In this document: positions 11,340 through 20,947 of the stretch, piece after piece
How the letters are laid out: the number at the start of each line of letters is the position of its first letter
How positions within the stretch are numbered: the first letter of the stretch is position 1
Origin: an uncultured Eubacteriaceae bacterium
Lineage (GTDB): Bacteria; Bacillota; Clostridia; Eubacteriales; UBA1433
DNA length: 64,000 nucleotides
Reading direction: 5' to 3'
NCBI GenBank assembly: GCA_964581565.1
Contig: CAZOOZ010000008.1
Span: 27,552 to 91,551 of the forward strand
Program-made: the position numbers and the translations under genes
The notes under the pieces: model-generated
What the model was told of the DNA's origin: nothing
What the model saw: the letters and a program-made list of their open reading frames with translations, nothing else
Database searches by the model: none

Positions 11340-11789
11340 TAAAAAAGACTGAGGGCAACCTGCAAAGGGTGCCTTTTTTAGTTATATAATTTTTAATAAT
11401 GTTTCTATATTTACTTGAAATACAAGACTAAATTATGCATTTGTATCTGTTATAATTACTTGTGTAAAAAAGTAGAATGGATAGTGTATATTGTAAAAAT
11501 TAATTGGAATAAGAAAAGCATTTTTTTGCTATGTATAACATATTTGTCTCATTAAATAAGATTTTTCTTTTTGTTTATATTACAAACTACATATAATTTC
11601 AATAATAAATAATAAAAAATTTTTTTTGTTTTATTATTCTAGAAATACCACGAAATAAAATTAATAAATATTTAACATATTACATATTGTAAAACGTATA
11701 ACAAAGTGGTATTATAATTTTCGTAAATATATCGTATGGGGATATCGGTGTATTTCAAATAAAAATAGAATAAGAATCAGTAAAGGAAG

Positions 11790-12569
11790 ATGAATATGGA
11801 AATGGCTTTGCCTGTATTTAACGTGTTATGGACAGGCGGTTGGGATTCCACGTATAGAATTCTGTACTTGTCCAGACACGAAGTTGAATTGCGCCCGCAT
11901 TATATTTATTATGAAAACAGAAGATCGCGCGATATAGAAATCAAGACAATGGAAGAAATATCAAAAGATATTCGAAAGGATCCAAAAACAAAATGCACGC
12001 TGCATCCCTTAATAATCACTCAATTTAAAGATATCGAAACAAATGATGATATCACACAAGCTTTTAAAAGAATCCGGCAGGAAGTGTTGATAGGATTTCA
12101 ATACGAGTATTTAGCTCGCTACGCAAACACATTGAATAATCTCGAAATAGGTGTGGAGCAGGGCGGCCTGGCCGAGCAAATGATGAATACCTTCGGAGAG
12201 ATGATAAAGATAAAAGATGAATTAAATCTTGAATATTGGAAAGTGAACGAAAAAAATTCCAGTGAGGATTTAAATAAAGTATTCGGATTGTTTAAATATC
12301 CACTTTACTCTATGACAAAACTCGATATGAAAGAAAAAGCCATAGAGCTTGGATTTATAGATTCTATGTATAAGACATGGTTTTGTCATTTTCCGCGAAA
12401 AGGCAGGCCATGCGGATGTTGCTTTCCATGTAATTTTACGATTGAGGACGGTCTGCCCGAAAGGCTTCCCAATGATGCGCTCAGAAGACATAAAATAGAC
12501 AAGAAATTCGCAGATAAGAAAAGCTATCAGTTGTATAAAAAATACAGAAGAAAATATCTGAATTATTAA
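11790..12569 (+). CDS. QueC-like (7-cyano-7-deazaguanine synthase family) PP-loop ATPase
   Basis: VLWTGGWDST PP-loop and C-terminal TWFC-x8-CGCCFPC Zn-site pattern. Confidence 0.7.
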   Translation: MNMEMALPVFNVLWTGGWDSTYRILYLSRHEVELRPHYIYYENRRSRDIEIKTMEEISKDIRKDPKTKCTLHPLIITQFKDIETNDDITQAFKRIRQEVLIGFQYEYLARYANTLNNLEIGVEQGGLAEQMMNTFGEMIKIKDELNLEYWKVNEKNSSEDLNKVFGLFKYPLYSMTKLDMKEKAIELGFIDSMYKTWFCHFPRKGRPCGCCFPCNFTIEDGLPERLPNDALRRHKIDKKFADKKSYQLYKKYRRKYLNY

Positions 12570-12597
12570 AAACAGAGCAGATTTTACTGCTCTGTTT
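12570..12597. terminator. Bidirectional terminator
   Basis: AAACAGAGCAG...CTGCTCTGTTT between convergent genes. Confidence 0.8.
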
Positions 12598-12620
12598 ATC
12601 TTATTATGTTTATTGGATTT

Positions 12621-13895
12621 TTACAGTTTATTGAGTGCTTGATCAAAATCACAGATAATGTCGTCTATGTTTTCAATACCAACGGATACACGGATCAATT
12701 CAGGCAGTACGCCGGAGGCAATCTGTTGCTGCTCGGTAAGCTGTCTATGTGTGGTGCTTGCGGGATGCAGCACGCCGGTGCGCACATCGCCTAAGTGTAC
12801 AACAAGAGAGGTCAGTTTCAAATGCTTTGTAAATTCTTTTCCTGCCGCAGCACCGCCTTTGGGGCCGAAGGTGAGAATGCCACCCGCCCCTTTAGGCAGA
12901 TATTTTTCTGCGAGGTCATAATTTTTATGGCTTTTGAGTTTGGGGTAGGTGACCCAGTCCACTTTTGGATGTGATTGCAAAAACTCTGCCAGTTTTAAAG
13001 CATTTTCGCTGTGGCGTTCCATACGCAGATGAAGTGTTTCAAGTCCCAGATGTGCCAAGAATGCGTTAAACGGGCTCATAGTGACACCATAATCACGCAG
13101 CAGTTGCACGCGCACTTTTGTGATATAGGCAGCTTCTTTGAATTCTTTTGTATACTGCATACCGTGATAGCTGGCATCAGGCTCTGTCAGCTCGGGATAT
13201 TTTCCGTTTTCCCAGTTAAATTTTCCGCTGTCGATCACAATGCCGCCAAGGCTCACGGCGTGCCCGTCGGTATATTTGGATGTGGAATGCACAATAACAT
13301 CAGCTCCGTAGTCAAAAGCTCGGCATAAATAAGGAGTTGCCAGTGTGTTATCGACAATGAAAGGGATATCAGCTTGACGGGCGATTTTTTTAAAGACTTC
13401 AAAGTTCAGCACATTGAGTCCGGGGTTTCCGATCGTCTCACCAAAAAGCACGCGCGTATTAGGACGAATAGCATCATAGATTTCCGTTTCATTATCGGGG
13501 TCTACAAACGTGACATCAATGCCGATTTTTTTCAACGTAACAGCAAACAGATTATAGGTGCCGCCGTATATTGTAGAAGAAGATACAACATGATCGCCGG
13601 CTTTGCATATGTTTAATAAAGAAAGAAAGCTTGCCGCTTGGCCCGACGAAGTCGCTACGGCGCCTACACCACCTTCCAGTAAACTCATCTTGCCTTCCAG
13701 TGCCGATACGGTGGGGTTACCGAGACGTGTATACATATAGCCGTCACTTTTCAAATCAAACAGGTCTGCTACATCATCCGCTTCATAATAACGGTAAGTT
13801 GTGCTTTGTGCGATCGGCAGCACATGAGGCTCACCCGATGCGGGATGGTAAGAACCCTGTACACAGTAGGTTTCAATGTTATATTTGTCTTGCAA
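12621..13895 (-). CDS. metY: O-acetylhomoserine sulfhydrylase / aminocarboxypropyltransferase
   Basis: YTRLGNPT, SGQAA, VHSTSKY (PLP Lys), HPASTTHRQL; TTG start after AAAGGAG; downstream of S-box. Confidence 0.9.
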   Translation of the reverse strand: MQDKYNIETYCVQGSYHPASGEPHVLPIAQSTTYRYYEADDVADLFDLKSDGYMYTRLGNPTVSALEGKMSLLEGGVGAVATSSGQAASFLSLLNICKAGDHVVSSSTIYGGTYNLFAVTLKKIGIDVTFVDPDNETEIYDAIRPNTRVLFGETIGNPGLNVLNFEVFKKIARQADIPFIVDNTLATPYLCRAFDYGADVIVHSTSKYTDGHAVSLGGIVIDSGKFNWENGKYPELTEPDASYHGMQYTKEFKEAAYITKVRVQLLRDYGVTMSPFNAFLAHLGLETLHLRMERHSENALKLAEFLQSHPKVDWVTYPKLKSHKNYDLAEKYLPKGAGGILTFGPKGGAAAGKEFTKHLKLTSLVVHLGDVRTGVLHPASTTHRQLTEQQQIASGVLPELIRVSVGIENIDDIICDFDQALNKL

Positions 13896-13913
13896 AAAAA
13901 TCACTCCTTTTAT

Positions 13914-13941
13914 AAAAAAAGCCGCTTTCATAAGAAGCGGC
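13914..13941 (-). terminator. Riboswitch expression-platform terminator
   Basis: Minus strand GCCGCTTC...AAAGCGGC-TTTTTTT between aptamer and metY RBS. Confidence 0.8.
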
Positions 13942-13960
13942 AAATAATATTTACTTACTC

Positions 13961-14062
13961 TTCTTATCTTTCAGGATTTTTCCTGCTGGAATTAGCACGT
14001 TACTGTAAACAGTTGTTGCCGGGCTTCGTAGGGCCAGTCCCTCCGCCTCTCTGGATAAGAAT
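13961..14062 (-). ncRNA. SAM-I (S-box) riboswitch
   Basis: Minus strand TTCTTATCCAGAGAGGCGGAGGGACTGGCCCTACGAAGCCCGGCAAC...GTGCTAATTCC...GAAAGATAAGAA, canonical S-box core. Confidence 0.96.
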
Positions 14063-14127
14063 ATTAAATTTTATATATCATAACGTAACAAACAAAGCGT
14101 GTCAAGACATTTGATAATATTTATCGA

Positions 14128-15234
14128 TTAAATTGTGATTAGTTCGTACTCTTTGTTTCCAAGACCCATCTTTACAGCATGGTTAATGGTAACCATCCAG
14201 TCTGTCTCGGGACTGACACGGGTGAAATGATCATGATGACGGCAAATGCTTTTTTCAAGCAGGCTTCCGGCCATCACAGGTTGATTGTTGACGGCATCCG
14301 CACAGGCTTTGTCGAGTGCAACCGGATCAAAAGAGGCAAACATGCCAACGTCAGGTACAATCGGAATATCATTTTCGCTATGACAATCGCAATACGGAGA
14401 GATATCGATCGCCAGACTGATATGAAAATGCGGGCGGCCATGCAGCACTGCCCACGCATATTCGGCCATTTTTTTATCCAGTATGTCGTTCGATTCATCC
14501 GATGCAGGGCGAATTGCATCCATAGGGCATACGCCGATACAGCGGCCGCAACCCACACATTTATTATGATCAATCGACGCTTTGCCTTCTGTGACGGTAA
14601 TAGCGCTTTGCGCACATTCTTTCGTACACATACCGCAGCCCACACATCGTCTTTGAGAAATGCGGGGTTTACCGCTGCTGTGCATTTCCATTTTGCCTGC
14701 TCTGGAGCCGCAGCCCATACCGATATTTTTAATAGCACCGCCGAATCCGGTGAGTTCATGCCCTTTAAAATGACTTAGTGAGATGATGATATCGGCATCC
14801 ATAATGGCTCTGCCGATTTTGGCTTCTTTGATATAATCGCCTCCTTGCACGTTAACGAGTATATCGTCGGTACCCTTGAGCCCGTCGCCGATAATGACAT
14901 GACAGCCTGTAGAGAAAGGTGAAAAACCATTTAAATAAGCGGTGCTGATATGTTCGAGTGCGTCTTTTCTGGCGCCGACATATAGGGTATTACAGTCTGT
15001 GAGAAATGGTTTGCCGCCTCGTCCTTTTACAGCTTCAACAACTGTTTTCGCATAATTGGGTCGAAGATATGATAAGTTGCCGGGCTCGCCAAAATGGATT
15101 TTAATCGCCGCATATTTTTTATTGAAATCGATCGTATCTATACCTGCTGCTATCATCAGCCGACATAGTTTTTGTTGCAAATTTTCTGTATGAGTGGCAT
15201 GCATGTTTGTAAAATACACCTTTGACTTTTCCAT
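14128..15234 (-). CDS. DUF362-domain 2x[4Fe-4S] protein
   Basis: KIHFGEPGN, SHFKGH...FGGAIKNIGMG, two CxxCxxCxxxC motifs, CDC, DPVALD. Confidence 0.85.
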   Translation of the reverse strand: MEKSKVYFTNMHATHTENLQQKLCRLMIAAGIDTIDFNKKYAAIKIHFGEPGNLSYLRPNYAKTVVEAVKGRGGKPFLTDCNTLYVGARKDALEHISTAYLNGFSPFSTGCHVIIGDGLKGTDDILVNVQGGDYIKEAKIGRAIMDADIIISLSHFKGHELTGFGGAIKNIGMGCGSRAGKMEMHSSGKPRISQRRCVGCGMCTKECAQSAITVTEGKASIDHNKCVGCGRCIGVCPMDAIRPASDESNDILDKKMAEYAWAVLHGRPHFHISLAIDISPYCDCHSENDIPIVPDVGMFASFDPVALDKACADAVNNQPVMAGSLLEKSICRHHDHFTRVSPETDWMVTINHAVKMGLGNKEYELITI

Positions 15235-15506
15235 AGTAATTTTCCTTTCCAACGGTCAATGTTTTCTGATTTGCACGGTATTCTATTTATTATAACGAGC
15301 TGTGAATATGAAAAATTAATAGAGCTAACACTTTGATAATTCAATCAGATAATAGAAATTATACCATAAATAAATATTTATCTCATGGCATGTGAAAATC
15401 TGTGTGATTGAAAGAAGAATTAATGATAGGAACATTTAAACCAAATGCATGCAAAAGCATACAATTTATTAAAGTATTTCTAAAAAATAATTAAAATAAC
15501 TTAGAT

Positions 15507-16784
15507 TTAAAGCTCAACGGATGTTGCAACAAAATAATTGTATTCATTACCGGCTTTAAGCTGCGCACGCATACGAATATCATTGATTAAATCAAAATTA
15601 TCCATGAGAATAGAAACAATGTAGGGGCAAATAGACTCATTTTCTACAAAGGAATGAAGCACCTTTACGGCTTCTTCTTTTGACATGCCTTTTCTGTATG
15701 GGCGGTCTTCTGTAATAGCTGTGAAGATATCGGCTACAGCCATAATCCTTGAACCTAAAATAATACTTTTATCATCTAAATGAAAGGGATAGCCTTGCCC
15801 ATTTAATTTTTCATGATGAAAAGATGCCCATTTATTGATCGTTTCCATGCCTTTGATAGCCTGAAGGAGCCTGAAGGTATAGAATGTGTGACTTCGTATC
15901 GCGTTGAATTCTTCCGCGTTTAATTTTCCGGGCTTTTCGAGAATTTCTTTTTTTACCGCCAATTTTCCGAGATCATGAAGGTTTCCGGCAACCAGCATCA
16001 TTTTGCATTCATCTTCCGAAAAACCTGCAAGTTCAGCCAGTTTTTCGGCAGTTTTGGCCACGCCGGCAGAATGATTTGCCGTAAAAGGGCTGCGATAATC
16101 GATAATGCTTGCAAATATTTTGGTAAGATCGATAGTCTCGTCCAGCGTGAGTTCTACAATGCCAAAAGAGGTGATATCGGGCAGAATATATAAAAGTGGT
16201 TTATAAACAACATCGAGCCATATGTATTCATGGATGCTCATGTCCATAAAAGCATCCACTAGTTCAGGAATAAACTTGGTATTTTTTTGTGCGGATATCT
16301 TTGTGCGGATATCTTTGATTTGCCCTATAACATCATGGTTGCGATCTATTAAAACAGCAATGCGATCTGCCAAATGCAGTATATGACTCGCATAAGGGAT
16401 ATTTTTACCTTTAAATGTAGTTCCTTGTCCATGGTTCCAATGCATATGATGATACCGAATTATATCTGCTACATTGCTGAAGGGAGCAAATCCTTCTATA
16501 AGCTGAGCGCCTCTGAAAGCATGATTCTGTGAAGTAGGCGGCTCTGCTTCGATCAATTCGAGACGCTCATCTAACGAGAGTGCGCCCATATCATGCAAAA
16601 GACCTGCAAGCAGCAACTCTTTTTTTTCATCGCTCGACAAATTCAATTGTTCGCCAAGTTTAAAGGCCAGATATGCAACTTGCTGATGATGATCGGCAAC
16701 TTCAGTACTGACCAGATCTACGGCATTCGTAAGACAGATAAGCAAATCGTACATGCTTATTAAATTCGGATATACGTCAGTCAT
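15507..16784 (-). CDS. Tandem HD / HD-GYP phosphohydrolase (putative c-di-NMP phosphodiesterase)
   Basis: Degenerate N-terminal HD (LLHDMG) plus intact LHDLGK...HHEKLNGQGYP...DRPYR. Confidence 0.85.
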   Translation of the reverse strand: MTDVYPNLISMYDLLICLTNAVDLVSTEVADHHQQVAYLAFKLGEQLNLSSDEKKELLLAGLLHDMGALSLDERLELIEAEPPTSQNHAFRGAQLIEGFAPFSNVADIIRYHHMHWNHGQGTTFKGKNIPYASHILHLADRIAVLIDRNHDVIGQIKDIRTKISAQKNTKFIPELVDAFMDMSIHEYIWLDVVYKPLLYILPDITSFGIVELTLDETIDLTKIFASIIDYRSPFTANHSAGVAKTAEKLAELAGFSEDECKMMLVAGNLHDLGKLAVKKEILEKPGKLNAEEFNAIRSHTFYTFRLLQAIKGMETINKWASFHHEKLNGQGYPFHLDDKSIILGSRIMAVADIFTAITEDRPYRKGMSKEEAVKVLHSFVENESICPYIVSILMDNFDLINDIRMRAQLKAGNEYNYFVATSVEL

Positions 16785-16943
16785 GGTAATATTTCCTTTG
16801 TTGTACTAATTTTCGCTAAATTTTATGGCCATTTGCATAAATTGTAACATAATCATATATAACAATGCAAAATAAAAATAATAGATTATAATTAGGTTAT
16901 ATTATTTAATTTAAAAAATTTTTAAATAAAAAACTTTAAAAGA

Positions 16944-17606
16944 TTATTGTAATAATTCAAATTTATTTTTTTTAAATTTGATCAATCCTTCGTCACGCAT
17001 TTTGCTCAGTTCTCTTGACATGGCACTTCTGTCTACGAATAAATAATCAGCTAATTGCTCGCGATTATATGGAATCGCAAAAGAATTGGAAGCAGAGAGG
17101 TTTTTTTGTTCCTGAAAAAAAGTGAGCAGTTTTTCTCTTGTTGTTCTTTTTGATATCACATCAAGCCTGTTATTGAGCATGATGACTTCGCCGGCCAGAA
17201 TTCCAAGCATATTTTTAATAAGCATCGTATGAAACACACAGGCAGAAGGGCAAGTGCTTATAATTCGTTTGTTATCGATAAGCAATACTTCACTGTCTTC
17301 TAAAGCAATTGCTGATATAGGGGATTTTGTATTCCGAAGATAGGCCAAAGCGCCGCCAAACATTTTTGACGGTTCGAATTTTGCAAGAATGCTCCGGTTG
17401 CCGTGTGCGTCTTCTTTCATCACGGCTACTTCGCCGCTTAAAACGATACCCATATATTCAACACTTTCCCCTGGAAATATGATATAGCTGTCTTTTTTAC
17501 ACATTTTAGGCTTTGCCCCGAGACATTTCAGCATGGCCCGCAGATCGGATTTATCAATATGGTAAAATAAGGGGCTTTTTAAAAGAATATCCAAATTTAA
17601 TTCCAT
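16944..17606 (-). CDS. Crp/Fnr-family regulator (HcpR-like)
   Basis: cNMP-binding fold plus HTH REQLADYLFVDRSAMSRELSKM; divergent from hcp. Confidence 0.88.
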   Translation of the reverse strand: MELNLDILLKSPLFYHIDKSDLRAMLKCLGAKPKMCKKDSYIIFPGESVEYMGIVLSGEVAVMKEDAHGNRSILAKFEPSKMFGGALAYLRNTKSPISAIALEDSEVLLIDNKRIISTCPSACVFHTMLIKNMLGILAGEVIMLNNRLDVISKRTTREKLLTFFQEQKNLSASNSFAIPYNREQLADYLFVDRSAMSRELSKMRDEGLIKFKKNKFELLQ

Positions 17607-17617
17607 CTTTTTACTTT

Positions 17618-17633
17618 CGTTGTAAATGCAACG
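17618..17633. promoter_or_regulatory. Putative HcpR site (autoregulatory)
   Basis: CGTTGTAAATGCAACG near-palindrome just upstream of the regulator start. Confidence 0.6.
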
Positions 17634-17748
17634 CAATGCATAACAAATATAATTTATAATAAATGCAAATTGTAAACGTTCGCTTCTGCGATAAAATAAT
17701 AAAAATATTATTTATAAATAAAAACATTTAAAAATAAAATTAGTAATT

Positions 17749-17762
17749 GTTGCAAAAGCAAC
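17749..17762 (+). promoter_or_regulatory. Putative HcpR activator site
   Basis: Perfect GTTGC-N4-GCAAC, centred about -41.5 relative to a TATACT -10 at 17785-17790. Confidence 0.7.
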
Positions 17763-17921
17763 GTACACTATAGCCGAATTATACTATACTGCCAGTAGGA
17801 AAGTCAATAGAAAGAAGCAAAAAGCATCCTTTTGTTTTGACAAATAAATGGGCTTTTTGCTATGAGCAAAACAGAAATGTATGTGCTTGAAGAATTATTA
17901 TGAATTGTGGAGGAAAAGAAA

Positions 17922-19469
17922 ATGTCAATGTTTTGTTTTCAATGTGAACAGACATCCAAAGGAACAGGCTGCACTATAGGAGGCGTTTGCGGAAAAAAAG
18001 CGAATACGGCAAACCTGCAAGATGCCCTTACCGGAAAACTTGTTGCGCTTGGAAAAGCCGCTAAAGGTAAAAACACATCTCTGACAGATGAATTAATGCT
18101 TGAAGGATTATTTACAACAATTACAAATGTCAATTTCAACGATGAAAGTATTACCGCGTTAAGTAAAAAGATCGATGAAGAAACTGAAAGGCTGAACGGG
18201 GATAAAGAGATGGAGATGAAGGCGCTCTGGGAAGGGGATGAAGATATCCGTTCTTTAAAATCATTGATTTTGTTTGGACTCAGAGGCATGGCCGCTTATG
18301 CGCATCATGCACGCATATTGGGAAAAATCGATCCGCAGATCAATGATTTTTTCTATACGGCAATGGCGGCGATCGGTCAGGAAAAAACAGTCGATGAGCT
18401 CTTGGCGCTTGTTTTGGAAGTAGGCAATGTAAATTTACAATGCATGGCGCTTCTTGATGGGGCCAACACATCGGCATATGGCAGTCCCGTGCCGATAAAA
18501 GTGACAACAAATATAGAAAAAGGTCCGTTTATCGTAATTACAGGACATGATTTAAAAGATTTAAAATTACTTTTGGAGCAAAGCAAAGAAAAAGGAATCA
18601 ATATTTACACCCATGGGGAAATGCTTCCGGCACATGCGTATCCTGAGCTCAAAAAATATGCACATCTAAAAGGTAATTTTGGAACAGCATGGCAAAATCA
18701 GCAGAAGGAATTCGATAATATTCCTGCGCCGATACTGTATACCACGAATTGTTTAATGCCGCCAAGAGCAAGCTACGCCGAAAAAATCTTTACCACATCA
18801 GTCGTAGACTATCCCGGTTTAAAGCATATCGGTGACGATAAAGATTTTTCCCCCGTCATTGACATGGCATTACAACTTGGCGGCTACAGTGAAGATAAAA
18901 AGATGACAGGGATCAACGGAGGAGACAGCATGATGACCGGGTTCGCACATGGGGCTGTGCTCTCGGTTGCGGATACGGTGATCGATGCCGTCAAAAATGG
19001 AGCAATCAAGCATTTCTTCTTGGTTGGCGGCTGTGACGGTGCGGCTCCCGGAAGAAATTATTATACGGAATTTGTGAAGAAAACGCCGAAAGACTCTGTT
19101 GTGCTCACGCTTGCGTGCGGGAAATTTAGATTCAACGATCTTGATTTAGGGCAGATAGGAGGGCTTCCGAGGCTGATGGATATGGGTCAGTGTAATGATG
19201 CATACAGCGCAATAAAAGTTGCCGTTGCGCTTGCTGAAGCGTTTGAATGTTCCATCAACGAGCTTCCGCTTACTTTAGTGCTTTCATGGTATGAGCAGAA
19301 AGCTGTATGTATCTTGCTTACGCTGCTTGCTCTGGGGATCAAAAATATCTATATCGGACCGAGTCTTCCTGCCTTTGTATCGCCCAATATTTTAAAAGTG
19401 CTCGTAGAAAATTATAACCTCACGCCAATATCGACACCGGATGAAGATTTAAAGAAAATTTTAGATTAG
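17922..19469 (+). CDS. hcp: Hydroxylamine reductase / hybrid-cluster protein
   Basis: MFCFQCEQT...GCTIGGVCGK, YTHGEMLPAH, GGCDG, GQCNDAY, SWYEQKA. Confidence 0.96.
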   Translation: MSMFCFQCEQTSKGTGCTIGGVCGKKANTANLQDALTGKLVALGKAAKGKNTSLTDELMLEGLFTTITNVNFNDESITALSKKIDEETERLNGDKEMEMKALWEGDEDIRSLKSLILFGLRGMAAYAHHARILGKIDPQINDFFYTAMAAIGQEKTVDELLALVLEVGNVNLQCMALLDGANTSAYGSPVPIKVTTNIEKGPFIVITGHDLKDLKLLLEQSKEKGINIYTHGEMLPAHAYPELKKYAHLKGNFGTAWQNQQKEFDNIPAPILYTTNCLMPPRASYAEKIFTTSVVDYPGLKHIGDDKDFSPVIDMALQLGGYSEDKKMTGINGGDSMMTGFAHGAVLSVADTVIDAVKNGAIKHFFLVGGCDGAAPGRNYYTEFVKKTPKDSVVLTLACGKFRFNDLDLGQIGGLPRLMDMGQCNDAYSAIKVAVALAEAFECSINELPLTLVLSWYEQKAVCILLTLLALGIKNIYIGPSLPAFVSPNILKVLVENYNLTPISTPDEDLKKILD

Positions 19470-19527
19470 TTAAATATTTGCATAATAGTTTAAAATTTAC
19501 TGTGTCACTTAAGAATAAAAAAATTAA

Positions 19528-19557
19528 GAAACGGCTGAGTGATCACTCAGCCGTTTT
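19528..19557. terminator. Terminator after hcp
   Basis: AAACGGCTGAGTG-AT-CACTCAGCCGTTTT. Confidence 0.85.
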
Positions 19558-19665
19558 ATCATGAATAAATTTATTTTGTAAATCAGCAACCATACATATA
19601 AGGTCTGTGACCAGCACTACATATGATAAGAAAAATATGAATATAAGAAACTTTCATGTTTACTG

Positions 19666-20520
19666 TTATTGTGTCTGAAGATAGGCATCTTGCAGCCGCG
19701 TTTCCAAGTTATCGTTATATGAGCGGCGAATTCTTTTCAGGCCGAATAGATCCGAAGTATCCTTCGTTATGTAATTCACTCCGTACTCACATGAGAGTGA
19801 TGCCGAAAAACCCAGTTTTTTTAAGATAATATCCGTATTTTCACTAAATTCTCCATATGGATACGTAAAAGTAGTAGGCATCGTACTTGTGGCTGCGCTG
19901 ATTTCATCTTGCAGTTTTTGTATATCCGCGGTCAGTACTTCTTCATAGGTTGAAAATGATTCGCCGTCGGCTTGCATGCAGCCGATTCTCTCGCTTTTCG
20001 ATGTGTGAAGGTTATATGTGTGATTTTGAACCTCGACATATCCGCTGTGAGCCATCTGGTTTATCTGATCCCAGGAAAGATAAGAATAAGAGCTTAAAAC
20101 TTCTTTTTCATCGATATAAATTCCCGTGACAGACAGCACAATTTTCATATCATATTGCTTTAACAATTCATATGCATAGGTGTATGTACCTAAGAAGCCG
20201 TCGTCAAAAGAAAGAATGATCGGCTTTTCGGGCAGCGGCGAGCCATTATATACATGATCGATAAGATCGGTCATGGTGATAGTTGTATAATTGTGTTCTT
20301 TCAAATATTTCAGATCGCTTTCGAATTCTTCGGGGGATATGGCATATTTACCCAGTTCAGATATGCGGATATCGTGATACATCAGAATAGGAACAACTAT
20401 GGTATCTTCTTTACTTGAATTTGCAGAAGAATATTGCGTGCTCACTATAAAAACAATGAGTACAAGCGCTAAAAATAATAAAGTAGCTATTGCTGTTTTA
20501 CGTTTGCGTTGTTGTATCAT
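19666..20520 (-). CDS. Membrane-anchored polysaccharide deacetylase (CE4)
   Basis: N-terminal TM, PILMYH, LSFDDG, QNHTYNLH, YPYG. Confidence 0.88.
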   Translation of the reverse strand: MIQQRKRKTAIATLLFLALVLIVFIVSTQYSSANSSKEDTIVVPILMYHDIRISELGKYAISPEEFESDLKYLKEHNYTTITMTDLIDHVYNGSPLPEKPIILSFDDGFLGTYTYAYELLKQYDMKIVLSVTGIYIDEKEVLSSYSYLSWDQINQMAHSGYVEVQNHTYNLHTSKSERIGCMQADGESFSTYEEVLTADIQKLQDEISAATSTMPTTFTYPYGEFSENTDIILKKLGFSASLSCEYGVNYITKDTSDLFGLKRIRRSYNDNLETRLQDAYLQTQ

Positions 20521-20623
20521 GATCTGCTCCGAAACGTATATATCAAACAGTATATCAAAAGAAATACAGCTTTCATAAAGTTTCATTTGGATTTTACAAA
20601 AATAAAAGACTGCCCGGCAGTCT

Positions 20624-20878
20624 TTATTTAAATAGATTGTAAAAATTTTTCAATTCGGCTTTCTTTTCTGCGGATAATTCGCTTTTTCGAATGCCTTCGA
20701 TAGCGGCCTGAAGCCCATAGAGCCTGTGAATGCATGCGGAAGGATCTTGCTCTTTGATTTTCAGCCATGCCTGTTTACTGCCTGTCTTTATCAGTTGCTC
20801 GGGTGTGTGGATGCCTATGTCATTTAGCTGCTGCTCTAATTTCTCGCCGATATTTGGCAGCACGGATAACTTGCCCAT
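20624..20878 (-). CDS. TfoX/Sxy C-terminal-domain protein
   Basis: LPNIGEKLEQQLNDIGI..EQL...GSKQAW...LYGLQAAIEG. Confidence 0.85.
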   Translation of the reverse strand: MGKLSVLPNIGEKLEQQLNDIGIHTPEQLIKTGSKQAWLKIKEQDPSACIHRLYGLQAAIEGIRKSELSAEKKAELKNFYNLFK

Positions 20879-20947
20879 AATGATACCTCGGTTCCTCAGA
20901 AAAATTTATAGATAGATTATACCACAAATACATCAATGAGTAAGCTG

